Below, piece after piece: positions 7,751 to 17,606 of a stretch of DNA of 64,000 nucleotides. The position numbers and the translations under genes are program-made. The DNA is taken from assembly GCA_965215195.1 (NCBI GenBank), contig CBDCDC010000002.1:1504001-1568000 (forward strand). Reading direction: 5' to 3'. The notes beneath the pieces were generated by a model. That model worked only from the letters and a program-made list of their open reading frames with translations, was not told the DNA's origin and searched no databases. Every line of letters begins with the position of its first letter. Within the stretch, counting starts at the first letter, position 1. Source of the DNA: Candidatus Latescibacterota bacterium (GTDB lineage: Bacteria; Latescibacterota; UBA2968; UBA8231).

Positions 7751-8827
7751 CTACCAAGCCAGCGGCTCGAATCCCATGTGCTGCGTCAGCTTGCGCGCCG
7801 CTTGCGCCACCTGTGGATGCGGGTCGTAGAGCGCGACCTCAAAGCTGTCGCGATGTGTGCGCGGATCGAGGCGGTCGAGGAACTTGGCCGCGCTCAGTCG
7901 CACGTGTGGCACCGGATCGGTCAGGCCGCGCCAAAACCACTTTGGGGCCTCCTCCCCGCTGCGCAAAACGAGCACCTCAATGGCCGCGCCGCGCACCGCC
8001 TTGTGCTCGCTCGCCGCGTACGGGGCCAGCACCTCCGGCTGAATGTCCTCGCAACGCCGCATCACCTTGAGGATGCCGACCGCGCTTTGCCGATGGCCCT
8101 CGCCGAGCAGCAATACGCACCACTCGAACAGGTCCGGGTCGCCTAGGTCGGCCAAGAGCTGTAAGCCGCGCACCTGCCGCTGCGGCTTGTCCGACTCCAA
8201 GCAAACAATGGCCTCTTCCTCGCGGTGATCGACGGGCGGCGCGATTGCGGCTATGGCCTGCTGGGCCTCGGCTTCGCGCACGACCTTGGGCCAGACCCGC
8301 AAGTGCTCAAAGTCGATCTCCACCCCGGCAAAGCACTCGGGGATCCACTGGGCGGCGCGGGCGAGCAATTCCTTCTCGCCGATCCGCGCATGGGGATGGG
8401 TCGCCAGCCGGTTATCGATCCAGCGGGCCAAGCGCAAGACGCCGTCGTGGCGGGCGCTGACGCCTTTGTGCGCCTTGACGCCCAAGACGGCGTTGATCCA
8501 GCGGGCTATTTCCTCGGCACTTTCCGGGATGCCCAGCCCGTAGTGGCTGCGCAACGAGGACGCGGGAATGGCTCCGTTGATCGAGATGACCCCGCCGCTT
8601 TCGCGCACTTGCTTACTACCGTAGCGCTGGCGCAAGGTTTTCAAGTCAACGTCAACGGCCAGCACGATGGGGCGATCCCGCGTGCGCCGCGACTTGGCGC
8701 GTGCCCGCTGCTTGGCGTAACTCTTGCTCCGCGAAAGCCACACCCGCCGCGAGGGCGACCGCGGCTGAAAGCCGTCGCGGGCGATCTGGCGCGCGGCGCG
8801 GCGCGTCGTGCCGTGATAGACGATCAT
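7751..8827 (-). CDS. Hypothetical protein: N-terminal ADP-ribosyltransferase/KptA-like domain plus C-terminal HEAT repeats
   Basis: N-terminal 'VYHGT.......I..DGF......VWLS'. C-terminal HEAT-like units ('LTDPVPHVRLSAA', 'ALYDPHPQVAQAA'). Confidence 0.6.
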   Translation of the reverse strand: MIVYHGTTRRAARQIARDGFQPRSPSRRVWLSRSKSYAKQRARAKSRRTRDRPIVLAVDVDLKTLRQRYGSKQVRESGGVISINGAIPASSLRSHYGLGIPESAEEIARWINAVLGVKAHKGVSARHDGVLRLARWIDNRLATHPHARIGEKELLARAAQWIPECFAGVEIDFEHLRVWPKVVREAEAQQAIAAIAPPVDHREEEAIVCLESDKPQRQVRGLQLLADLGDPDLFEWCVLLLGEGHRQSAVGILKVMRRCEDIQPEVLAPYAASEHKAVRGAAIEVLVLRSGEEAPKWFWRGLTDPVPHVRLSAAKFLDRLDPRTHRDSFEVALYDPHPQVAQAARKLTQHMGFEPLAW

Positions 8828-8883
8828 AATGGACCTCCTCGCAATCGCGCCCTACTCGGACGCCTGCGGCCAGAATCGCTTGC

Positions 8884-9789
8884 TCACTTCACAATGTCAA
8901 GTCTTTCGTCCGCTTCTCGCGTGCAGCGCACTAAGCAGCGCAATTCGGTGAGCGGATCAGTTGGACAGTTCCTTTGATAGTCCCGCACCTGCTCCAGCCA
9001 CACAGCCTCCCAGTCGCCGCCCTGATAGCGGTGCAACGTCGCCAAGGCCCCTACGGCTGCGGCTTGGATGGCCCCGGGCTTCTCCGCGCTCCAAACGCCG
9101 ACCCTGTACGCGCTGCGGATGCCGCCGGCGACCGGGTCCCAAGCGGCCTCTACGTGTTGGCGCAGATAGCGACCTGTCAAGGCGATGAGGCGCGTCTCGC
9201 CACGGCGGCCGGCCTCGTCCAACATCGCAGTCAGCGCGGCGAGGGCCGCTGCGCTGTGGACGCAGGTTCCCCAGTGATCGTCAAAGCGGAAGAAGTCGCG
9301 GCGGACGGCAAAGAGCAACAGCCCCAAGTCTGGGTGGTAGTGGTAGTTCAAGATGGCGGCTACGGCGCGGGCGGCCGCTATGTGCAGTTCGCGGTCGGCG
9401 CGGGTGTGCAAAAGGCGCGTACCCGCGCTCAGCACCTGCGCCCAGTCCCCGAGGCAGCGCGCCCCCTTGGGCGTGGACTCGCCGACGTAATCCGCTGCGT
9501 CGCAACGCGCCAGGCTTTGCAGCGCAAGCGTCCGCGCCCGTGCCCAATAGCCACAGGCCGCCAGCCCCTCGGCCAACGCGAGAGAGCCGCGGACCCCAGC
9601 CCCGCTGCACTCATCGCTTCTACAGCCCTCGGCCACCTGCTCGGCCAGCATCCGGTAGCGCGGCTGATCTTGCAAATGGGCCAGCGACCACAACAATTGA
9701 CCGTCCCGCAGCGCACTTTTTCGGCTGCGCTCAAGGCGAAGCAGCGCCTCAACGGACTTGGCGGCCGCCTCGGCGATCCGCACGGCCAT
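8884..9789 (-). CDS. Hypothetical protein, weakly AGE-epimerase-like alpha/alpha barrel
   Basis: Helical protein with 'AWDPVAGG' and 'H.......MLDEA.RRG' segments, in operon with the upstream epimerase. Confidence 0.45.
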   Translation of the reverse strand: MAVRIAEAAAKSVEALLRLERSRKSALRDGQLLWSLAHLQDQPRYRMLAEQVAEGCRSDECSGAGVRGSLALAEGLAACGYWARARTLALQSLARCDAADYVGESTPKGARCLGDWAQVLSAGTRLLHTRADRELHIAAARAVAAILNYHYHPDLGLLLFAVRRDFFRFDDHWGTCVHSAAALAALTAMLDEAGRRGETRLIALTGRYLRQHVEAAWDPVAGGIRSAYRVGVWSAEKPGAIQAAAVGALATLHRYQGGDWEAVWLEQVRDYQRNCPTDPLTELRCLVRCTREADERLDIVK

Positions 9790-9791
9790 GG

Positions 9792-10793
9792 CTAAAACTG
9801 CCCACTGCGGGATTCGTATCGCGTCGGCTTGCCCAAGCTCGGGCCGCCGGCCATGACCCACTCGGCCACGGTGTGCAGCATCTGCTGCGGGCCGACGCGC
9901 GGGCGGCCAAATTCCGCGCACAAGCGCCGGCTGTCCCCCAAGAGGGCGTCCGGGGCCTCCGCGCCCGTGAAGCGGGGCGTCTTGCCCATGATTTTCCCTA
10001 GCTGTTCGGCTAGCTCGCGCACGGATAAGGCCTCCGGGCCAGTCAGGTTGATGATGTCGGCCGGGCTGTGGCACAGGGGAAAGAAGCGGCACAGATAGGC
10101 GTTGGCGTCGCCCTGCCAGATTTGGTTGACGTACCCCATAGTCAGGTCAATCGGCTCTTGCTGCCACACCTTATCGGCGAGATCGCGGATGATGCCGTAG
10201 CGCGGCTCGGTGGCGTAAAACAGCCGCGCAATCAGCAAGGGCGTCCCCCGCACCCGCGACGCGTACTGGGCGACCCGCTCTCCGCCCAAGCGCGATTGGG
10301 CGTATTCGCCCACTGGCCCCAAAGCCCCGTCTTCGTCTGCCCCCGGCCCCGGGGCCTTGGCATACGCATACACGTTGCCCGAACTCACATAGACGATCCG
10401 CGACTGTGCGTAGCGCGCCATCACCGCGCCGGGCAACGCAGTATTCACCGCCCAAGTCGCGTCTTCGTTGCCCGTGGCCCCAAACTTAAACCCGGCGAGC
10501 AAGACGACGTTGGGCGCATCGGGTAGCTGCTTCAGTGCCTCGCTGGCGAGCAGGTCGCAGGCAATGGTTTGCACGCCGACGCTGTCCAAGTAGCACCGCT
10601 TTTCCGCATCCGCAAAGCGCGCCACCCCCACCACCTGCTGGGCCCCAGCCCGCACCAACAGCTCGGCCAAAGTCGGCCCCATCTTGCCGCTGACCCCCAG
10701 CAGCAGGACCGGCCCGTCCAACTGGCGCACGGCCTCCACGACTGCGGGCGTCGGGGTCGTCATGTCGTCTATAAGCGCGGCTTCGCTGACCAT
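9792..10793 (-). CDS. NAD-dependent epimerase/dehydratase
   Basis: 'GVSGKMG', 'SSGNVY', 'GEYAQS'. Confidence 0.85.
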   Translation of the reverse strand: MVSEAALIDDMTTPTPAVVEAVRQLDGPVLLLGVSGKMGPTLAELLVRAGAQQVVGVARFADAEKRCYLDSVGVQTIACDLLASEALKQLPDAPNVVLLAGFKFGATGNEDATWAVNTALPGAVMARYAQSRIVYVSSGNVYAYAKAPGPGADEDGALGPVGEYAQSRLGGERVAQYASRVRGTPLLIARLFYATEPRYGIIRDLADKVWQQEPIDLTMGYVNQIWQGDANAYLCRFFPLCHSPADIINLTGPEALSVRELAEQLGKIMGKTPRFTGAEAPDALLGDSRRLCAEFGRPRVGPQQMLHTVAEWVMAGGPSLGKPTRYESRSGQF

Positions 10794-10795
10794 AT

Positions 10796-11719
10796 TTACC
10801 TCTCTTTCACGCATTGCACACCCTCGGCGGCGAGGCTGAGAACCAAGGTTTGCGCGGCAATCCCCTCTTTGGCCCACGCCTTTTGCATGGCCCCGGCTAC
10901 CTCCGCACCCCGGTCGCTGACCAGCGCCAATACAGTCGGCCCGGCTCCGCTCAAGGCCGCACCCAACGCCCCGGCCGCTGTGGCCGCGGCCAACACCGCC
11001 TCTATCCCTCGGACTAGCGCCGTGCGATAGGGCTGGTGCAACCGATCTTGCATCCCGGTCCGCAGCAGTTTGTAGTCCCCCTGTTGCAGCGCGGCCACCA
11101 ACAAGCCGACGCGCCCGGCGTTAAATACCGCGTCCCGCCGCGCAACCTGTTCGGGCAGCACGCTCCGCGACTCGGGCGTAGGCAGGGGAAAATCCGGGAT
11201 GGCCACGACCGCGGCCAAACCCTTTGGCGGCTCGATCCGCGCCCACGCAACCTGATCGCCGTCCAAAGCCGCGACGACGATCCCTCCCAACGCACAGGGC
11301 GCGACATTGTCTAGGTGCCCCTCCACGGCCGCGCCCTGCCGCAAGACCTCCTCCCGATCCAGCCCCAGCCCGCACAGCTTGGCTCCGGCAGCCAAGCCGG
11401 CGATCAGGGCGGCCGCGCTGCTGCCCAGCCCACTGGCCAGCGGGATTTGGTTGTCGATCGCCAAGCGCAGCCGCCCGGGCGTCTTGCCGGCCCGCGCATA
11501 GGCGCGCACCACCCCCTGATACACGGCGTTGCGCTCGTCCAAGGGCACGCTCGCGCTCCCCTCGCCCGTGGCCGCGATCTCCAAGCCCTCGCCCTCGCCT
11601 TCTTCCACTGCCAAATCCATGTACAATGCCAACGCCAAGCCCAAGCAGTCAAAGCCCGCTCCGAGATTCGCCGACGTGGCCGGTGTGCGCACCCTCACCT
11701 GTTTTACTTTCTCATTCAT
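10796..11719 (-). CDS. thrB: Homoserine kinase
   Basis: 'PATSANLGAGFD.LGLAL', GHMP 'IPLASGLGSSAA', 'EGHLDNV', 'LHQPYR', 'SGAGPT'. Confidence 0.95.
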   Translation of the reverse strand: MNEKVKQVRVRTPATSANLGAGFDCLGLALALYMDLAVEEGEGEGLEIAATGEGSASVPLDERNAVYQGVVRAYARAGKTPGRLRLAIDNQIPLASGLGSSAAALIAGLAAGAKLCGLGLDREEVLRQGAAVEGHLDNVAPCALGGIVVAALDGDQVAWARIEPPKGLAAVVAIPDFPLPTPESRSVLPEQVARRDAVFNAGRVGLLVAALQQGDYKLLRTGMQDRLHQPYRTALVRGIEAVLAAATAAGALGAALSGAGPTVLALVSDRGAEVAGAMQKAWAKEGIAAQTLVLSLAAEGVQCVKER

Positions 11720-11752
11720 TGGGGCCTATTTGACTTCGGGCGGGGATGGGGA

Positions 11753-11941
11753 TTAGCCCAGTTTCAACAGGATCGTCACCAGCAAGCCGGTGATGCCGAT
11801 GCCGATAAGCCAGCGCATCCAGCGGGCCACTTCCTGCCGGAGTGTGGCCATGTCCTCGCGCTGGTGGGTCTCAATGCGCTTGGATAGCTCGGCGACGACG
11901 ACTTGCAGCGGGTCGGGGTTTAGTTCAGGGGGGGTAGTCAT
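11753..11941 (-). CDS. Small protein with a C-terminal transmembrane helix
   Basis: Short coiled segment followed by 'WLIGIGITGLLVTILL'. Confidence 0.5.
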   Translation of the reverse strand: MTTPPELNPDPLQVVVAELSKRIETHQREDMATLRQEVARWMRWLIGIGITGLLVTILLKLG

Positions 11942-11961
11942 GGGCTGCGGCTCCTCTCCTA

Positions 11962-13077
11962 TTGTTGATAGACAAATTATGTTACCATATGTATAAGATA
12001 GTTTCCAGACAAATTTTCCACTGCGATCGCGCATTCTTTTCTTCCGTGCAATATCTCTTCCTCATTGGATGGGCCGCTGTCCTATTCGGGAACCAGCCGG
12101 CCAACGCCCAGCCACACATCTACACCATCGGCTTAGTCTTTACCGATCGCGTCGAGCAAGAAGTCCTGCCCGTCCACCTCGCCGAGCAACATCCCCTCTT
12201 GATGCGGAAAATCGACCGTGCGCTCCGGGACCTATTTGCCGGCTTGGGCCGCCTGCGCGCCGTGCGCTTGCCGAGCGTCGGCGAGGCCCACGATCCCGTT
12301 TATCAAGGGGAAGAATCCGTCGATTACATCGCCCACTTCATTCTCAACAAGGCTTATAAAACATACCACAACAAGGTCATTCACTACGAGGATTTGGGCC
12401 TATTCGACGACGGAAGGCCGAGCGAAGACCGTTCTTACGAGGTGATTTCCCTGCCCGCCATCGTCGGCCAACTCGAAGTCAAGCTGGTGGATCCGCGCCG
12501 GGGCAAAATTTTCTGGTCCGACTTGCGCGACTCCTCGGCCGTGATACCTTATGACAAACACCTATACCTTTATAATACTTGGAAGTATCCGGGCGCGTCA
12601 CATCCCGGTTTGACGCGGGCTTTCCTAGCCGACCTTCTCCGCTTGCAAATGGCCGATCCTGCCACAGAACGCGCACTGAACGTTGCCGAGCGTTGGTTCG
12701 TCTCCAAGCCCAGTAGCGACCTCGCCGTTGCCCGAGGGCTGTTAAAGGGGCTGGCGGACAATCTAGCGCCCGACCTAGATGCGAATTTGCCGCTAGAGGG
12801 GCGCATAGCCGCCCTATTGCCCGAGCAGAAAGGCAAACCCCATGTCCGGCTAAACATGGGTGCTCGGCACGGGCTAACCAAGCGAATGCGGTTCGATGTG
12901 TGGCGGCCTAGGCCATCGCAGCAGAAAGTGGGGCAAATAGAGATAGTTGACGTGGATTCCACCACGGCCATCGCTCGGCTGCGAAAACTAGAGAAGGAAC
13001 TCAAGAAACGCGGGGTTGGCCTACAGCTCCAAGACCGGGTCGTTTCCCCAAAACGCCCTTTGAGAAGATCGTTATGA
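11962..13077 (+). CDS. Secreted hypothetical protein with a FlgT-C-like beta domain (start uncertain)
   Basis: Signal-like segment; C-terminal 'LNMGARHGL....RFDV......KVGQIEIVDV'. Confidence 0.55.
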   Translation: MLIDKLCYHMYKIVSRQIFHCDRAFFSSVQYLFLIGWAAVLFGNQPANAQPHIYTIGLVFTDRVEQEVLPVHLAEQHPLLMRKIDRALRDLFAGLGRLRAVRLPSVGEAHDPVYQGEESVDYIAHFILNKAYKTYHNKVIHYEDLGLFDDGRPSEDRSYEVISLPAIVGQLEVKLVDPRRGKIFWSDLRDSSAVIPYDKHLYLYNTWKYPGASHPGLTRAFLADLLRLQMADPATERALNVAERWFVSKPSSDLAVARGLLKGLADNLAPDLDANLPLEGRIAALLPEQKGKPHVRLNMGARHGLTKRMRFDVWRPRPSQQKVGQIEIVDVDSTTAIARLRKLEKELKKRGVGLQLQDRVVSPKRPLRRSL

Positions 13078-13226
13078 CCGAACATCCGCATCCGCAGCTT
13101 GAACGCGAGCAAGGCGGCATCATCGGCATTTTGGAGCAGATGAACGAGCAGCTAACCCGAACCCCTTGACGCCCTATTAGCAGCCCGCCGCGCTAGTAGG
13201 GCATTACCACCGAGGAGAAATCCGCA

Positions 13227-14450
13227 ATGAATAAGAAATGGGTCTCCACGCGCTTTGCTTCGCCCACTCAGGACTTCGATCTCAACACGCTGGTCCGCCG
13301 CCTGCGCCGTGGCTTTGTCATCGCCCTAGCCTCTGCTGCGGCCCTCCTGCTCATCGTCGTTGCGCTCAACCCCTTTCGAGAGGCCGAGAAGAAGACGCCC
13401 CGACCTCTGACGACCAAGTTCATCAAACGCGAGCCGCGGCTGACCAAGCCGCTGGAGTTGCGCAAAATCCCCCAGCCCAAGCGCCAGCTCGCGCGCCGCG
13501 AAGTCCAGCTCGCGCAAGCGCGCATGGACCAAGTCCAAGCCACGGCCTCGTTCAACACCCGCAGCCTCATCGCCGGCGTTAGCGGCTCGGGGATTCGCCT
13601 GTCCGGGCAATCTGCCTTCAGCCCGACGAGCACCATGACCCTAGAGCCTAAGCTGGCGGCAGCGGCCGTGACCAGCACCCGCACCTCTGAGCACAAAATC
13701 GACATGGGGCTAGAGATGCTCGACGTCAACAACATGGACACCGGTCGCTACCGCGCCATTATCGTCCAAGACGCCACGGACAAGCAGGCCATCAAGGGCT
13801 TTGTCAAGCTGGCGCAGGTCATGTCCTCGCGGGCACTGGCCGGCGGCACCTCCGGCTACGGTTCGGTCACGCTCCGCATCCAAACCATCGACCGGCTGCG
13901 CGACGTGCTCAACGAGTACACCGGCCTCAAGGCCGAATTCCTCGGCTTTATCACGTTCGACGATCCTCGCCTGATGGAAATACCCGTCATCGTCGAGCCC
14001 CAAGGTTCCCCCAGCGAGACCGAAATGGACAACTTGGCTCATTACCTGACGTCGGGGGGGTTTATATTCGCGCATATCAGTGGAAAATACGCAGAAGCCC
14101 TCGAAAAGTACGGCGGCCTAGTCCGCGGCAAGGACTTCTGGTCCGAGCGCCTGCCGGAGGATCACCCTATCTATACTGCCTTCTTCGACCTGAGTGGGGG
14201 CATGCCTTTCGGCTATAGTCCCTCGCTGGGTCAGGGCAAGTCGGGCGTCAGGCCCTGGAACTATCTGCGTGCCTATTACATCAATGGACGGATAGCGAGC
14301 ATCATGCCCGGCGACGGCGGCTGGGGCTGGGAAAACGATGTCCGCGGCGGGGACTCAACTCGCCAGCTACAAATGGCGGTCAACATCATCATCTACGCCC
14401 TGACGCAGGAAGGGTCGATTACCCAACGCCTCATGCAGATGGTCAACTAA
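13227..14450 (+). CDS. DUF4159-domain membrane-anchored protein
   Basis: N-terminal TM; 'NLAHYLTSGGFIFA', 'LPEDHPIY..FFD', 'MAVNIIIYALT'. Confidence 0.75.
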   Translation: MNKKWVSTRFASPTQDFDLNTLVRRLRRGFVIALASAAALLLIVVALNPFREAEKKTPRPLTTKFIKREPRLTKPLELRKIPQPKRQLARREVQLAQARMDQVQATASFNTRSLIAGVSGSGIRLSGQSAFSPTSTMTLEPKLAAAAVTSTRTSEHKIDMGLEMLDVNNMDTGRYRAIIVQDATDKQAIKGFVKLAQVMSSRALAGGTSGYGSVTLRIQTIDRLRDVLNEYTGLKAEFLGFITFDDPRLMEIPVIVEPQGSPSETEMDNLAHYLTSGGFIFAHISGKYAEALEKYGGLVRGKDFWSERLPEDHPIYTAFFDLSGGMPFGYSPSLGQGKSGVRPWNYLRAYYINGRIASIMPGDGGWGWENDVRGGDSTRQLQMAVNIIIYALTQEGSITQRLMQMVN

Positions 14451-14487
14451 CCACTGGTACTAGTGGGTTGACCGGTCGGCGCACCTT

Positions 14488-14529
14488 AAACGCACACCGT
14501 GCTTTTCTATACGCACGGTGTGCGTTTTT
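14488..14529 (+). terminator. Hairpin/terminator
   Basis: AAACGCACACCGTGC-N10-GCACGGTGTGCGTTT, a 15-bp stem ending in a T-run. Confidence 0.6.
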
Positions 14530-14543
14530 ATGCGTTCCGCTTG

Positions 14544-14660
14544 GTACACGACAGTAGGGCCTTACCCTCGGATCGAGGGCATCTTGCCCTCGTCGAGGGC
14601 GGGACGCCCTCGATCCCGGACGCATCGCCCATCAACGACAAGTTATTGGTGTCGTGTAGT
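14544..14660. mobile_element. MITE-like element family A, copy 1
   Basis: Ends GTACACGAC...GTCGTGTAGT, internal GAGGGC/GCCCTC hairpins, and a near-identical inverted copy at 45384-45500. Confidence 0.8.
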
Positions 14661-14809
14661 TAGGCGTTCCGCTATCTTGACATGGCAATTTGAACATGGT
14701 ACGATGAGAGTACCGCTTGAGAAGGAGCTTACCCACGATTGAACCCGCGTCCTCCCAGCCTCAGACCGCCTCGCTCCCCTGCGAACCGAAAGCATAGGGG
14801 CACCTACCC

Positions 14810-15628
14810 ATGTTCAAGCTCGCCCTAGCAAGCCTCTGCGCCGGCCTATTGAGCTGCGCCGCACAACAGGCCGAGTACTACATCGACCAACTCGCCGATC
14901 CGCGAAGTCGAGTCCGCCGCGACGCCAGCCACGCCTTGGTACAACTAGGCGACGCGGCCATTGAGCCTTTGCTGAACCGCGCGGCCACCGGCAGCGATAC
15001 CCTGCGCTTTATTGCCGCCCAAATCCTCGGCCAAATCGGCGACCGGCGCGCCACCCCTTTCCTCAAAGCACTCCTCCGCGACGAAAACCTCCACGTCCGC
15101 GAAAAGGCCGTCCGCGCCCTCGGCCAGCTCGACGATCTTCACCTCCACGCCCCCTTAGCCAGCGTCCTCTCCGGCGACCCAGTTCCAGACGTGCGCGGCG
15201 CGGCCGCTTGGAGCTTGGGCAACCTCCGCGACACCACGGCCGTGCCCTCTTTGGTGCGCGCCTTGGCCGACACCGTTCCCTCAGTGCGCCGACAGGCCCT
15301 TGCCGCGCTTCAGTTTCTGTGGACGCCGGCGGCCGAAGCAGCAGCCCTCGACGCGCTCCGCGACCGCGACGACAACGTGCGCTACATCGCCGCGCAACTG
15401 TTGGGGCACCACCGGACGCACCGCGCCCTCGACGCGCTGTGCCTCGCCTTGGCCGACGACAATATCTGGGTCCGCACGGAGAGTGCCCGCACCTTGGGCC
15501 GCATCGGCGACACCACGGCCGTGGGGCCCCTAGAGCGCCTGTTCGCCGAGCGCGAAGGCCCGGACCACGAGGCCGCAAAAGAGGCATTGCAACTGCTCAC
15601 GGGCCTGAACTACGCGGTCGCCCCCTAA
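14810..15628 (+). CDS. HEAT-repeat lipoprotein
   Basis: Lipobox-like 'LLSC' and repeated 'L.D....VR..A..ALG'. Confidence 0.85.
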   Translation: MFKLALASLCAGLLSCAAQQAEYYIDQLADPRSRVRRDASHALVQLGDAAIEPLLNRAATGSDTLRFIAAQILGQIGDRRATPFLKALLRDENLHVREKAVRALGQLDDLHLHAPLASVLSGDPVPDVRGAAAWSLGNLRDTTAVPSLVRALADTVPSVRRQALAALQFLWTPAAEAAALDALRDRDDNVRYIAAQLLGHHRTHRALDALCLALADDNIWVRTESARTLGRIGDTTAVGPLERLFAEREGPDHEAAKEALQLLTGLNYAVAP

Positions 15629-15629
15629 T

Positions 15630-17303
15630 TTGCGCGTCTTTCCGCTGTTTTTCGCCGCGCTTCTATGCGCCCCCCCCCTGCGCGCCCAGCCCCAATTTAG
15701 CGACCAAACCGCGGCCGCTGGCATCACCTACCGCAATGTATTCGGCGGGAAAGAGAAGCACTACATCCTAGAGTCTCACGGCAGCGGCGCGGCCTTCTTC
15801 GACCACGACTCCGACGGCGACCTCGACCTCTACATAGTCAACGGGGCCACCTTTGCCACGTACCGCGACCGCTCGGGGCCGGGCAACGCGCTCTACCGCA
15901 ATCGCGGCGACCGGACTTTTGTGGAGATCACGCGAGAAGCCGGGGTCGGCGACGCCGGCTGGGGCAGTGGCGTGGCCGTGGGCGACATCGACAACGACGG
16001 CCGCCCAGACCTCTATGCGACCAACTACGGAGCCAATGTGCTCTACCACAACCGCGGCGGCGACCGCTTTGCCGATGCGACCCGAGAAGCGGGCGTTGGC
16101 GGCGATCAATACAGCGCCAGTGCGGCCTTCTTCGACTACGATCGCGACGGCGACCTCGATCTCTACGTGGCCAACTACGTGGTCTTCGACGCCGAGCGCC
16201 TACCGCCCGAGCCCCAGCTCTGCACCTTTTTCGGCGGCCTCCGCGTCTATTGCGGTCCCAAAGGCTTAGTCGGCGCACCGGATGTGCTCTACCGCAACGA
16301 GGGCGACGGCGCGTTTACCGACGTCACCCAAGCGTCGGGCGTGGCGGCCGCCAATCGCTACTACGGCTTGGGCGTGGTGCCAGCCGATTACGATTCCGAT
16401 GGCGACAGCGACCTCTTCGTGGCCAACGACGAGACCCCCAACGTGCTCTTCCAAAACGAGGGCGACGGCACCTTCCAAGACGTCGCCCTCATCGCCGGCG
16501 TGGCGTACAACGGCGATGGCGATGTCGAAGCCGGCATGGGCGCGGACTTTGGCGACTACGATCGAGACGGCGACCCAGATCTGTACGTGACCCACTTTTT
16601 TACCGAGACGAACACGCTCTACCGCAACGAAGGCGGCGCGCGTTTCTCCGACGTCACGACCACGGCCGGCCTCGCCGCGCCCACAGTAGAGCTGTTGGGG
16701 TGGGGAACGCGCTTTTTCGACTACGACAACGACGGTCGCCTCGACCTCTTCGTGGCCAACGGCCATGTATATCCGCAGGTCGACCAAGCCACAACCGGCA
16801 CCACCTACCGCCAGCCCAATCAGCTCTTCCGCAACGGGGGCGACGGCCGCTTTGCCTTGGCGTCAGCCGGCCCCGGGTTGGCCAAAGTCAGCCGCGGCAC
16901 CAGCTTTGGCGACTACGACGACGACGGCGATATCGACCTCTTCGTGGTCGAGCTCGACGACGCGCCGACTCTGTTGCGCAACGATGGGGGGAATGCGGGA
17001 AACTATCTCGTGGTGCAGGTCTTTGGTCGCGAGGACAACCGCGATGGGGTCGGCACGCGCATCGGCCTGCAAGCGGCCGGCCAGCGCCAGTGGCGCACGG
17101 TCAACGGCGCGGGCAGCTACCTCTCGCACAGCGACTTGCGCGTCCATTTTGGATTGGGCGCGGCGCAGGCCAGCGACCGCGTCGAAATCACCTATCCCAA
17201 CGGCAGCACCTACGCGGTCGAGAACGTGCCCGCCAACAAGCTCTTAGTCGTCCGCCAAGGGCAGGGGCACGCCCTCCTCGAACTAGGTGCGAATCCTTTT
17301 TAA
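15630..17303 (+). CDS. CRTAC1/ASPIC-UnbV FG-GAP repeat protein
   Basis: Multiple 'D.D.DGD.DLYV.N' repeats and a C-terminal 'SYLS.SD.RVHFGLG'. Confidence 0.9.
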   Translation: MRVFPLFFAALLCAPPLRAQPQFSDQTAAAGITYRNVFGGKEKHYILESHGSGAAFFDHDSDGDLDLYIVNGATFATYRDRSGPGNALYRNRGDRTFVEITREAGVGDAGWGSGVAVGDIDNDGRPDLYATNYGANVLYHNRGGDRFADATREAGVGGDQYSASAAFFDYDRDGDLDLYVANYVVFDAERLPPEPQLCTFFGGLRVYCGPKGLVGAPDVLYRNEGDGAFTDVTQASGVAAANRYYGLGVVPADYDSDGDSDLFVANDETPNVLFQNEGDGTFQDVALIAGVAYNGDGDVEAGMGADFGDYDRDGDPDLYVTHFFTETNTLYRNEGGARFSDVTTTAGLAAPTVELLGWGTRFFDYDNDGRLDLFVANGHVYPQVDQATTGTTYRQPNQLFRNGGDGRFALASAGPGLAKVSRGTSFGDYDDDGDIDLFVVELDDAPTLLRNDGGNAGNYLVVQVFGREDNRDGVGTRIGLQAAGQRQWRTVNGAGSYLSHSDLRVHFGLGAAQASDRVEITYPNGSTYAVENVPANKLLVVRQGQGHALLELGANPF

Positions 17304-17606
17304 TGAATAGCCATTCAGGCGTTGGTGCTCCTTGCGCGTCTAGCAAAGTAGGGCATAACGATCGTTATGCCCTACCGTCCTGCTACTTCACGTTTCAGCG
17401 GCCCTCAACGTCGAAGCCGGCTTGTCCGGCCAAGCGCGGCTGACACCCGACCGGCGGCCGCAAGCCGCAGACGCTGCATAAGAGCCTGCCCCTGCCAAGG
17501 CAGGGGATGCGGAACATCCATTTGTGTTCGTCGATCACCCGCTGGGCTTCTCAGCGGAATCGTCCACAGACATGAAACACCCCTACTACAAGAATGAAGG
17601 TTTTCA

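Noticed and set aside
13074-13169. 31-codon ORF coupled to the upstream gene by ATGA
   Set aside because: Too short and without recognisable similarity to support a call.
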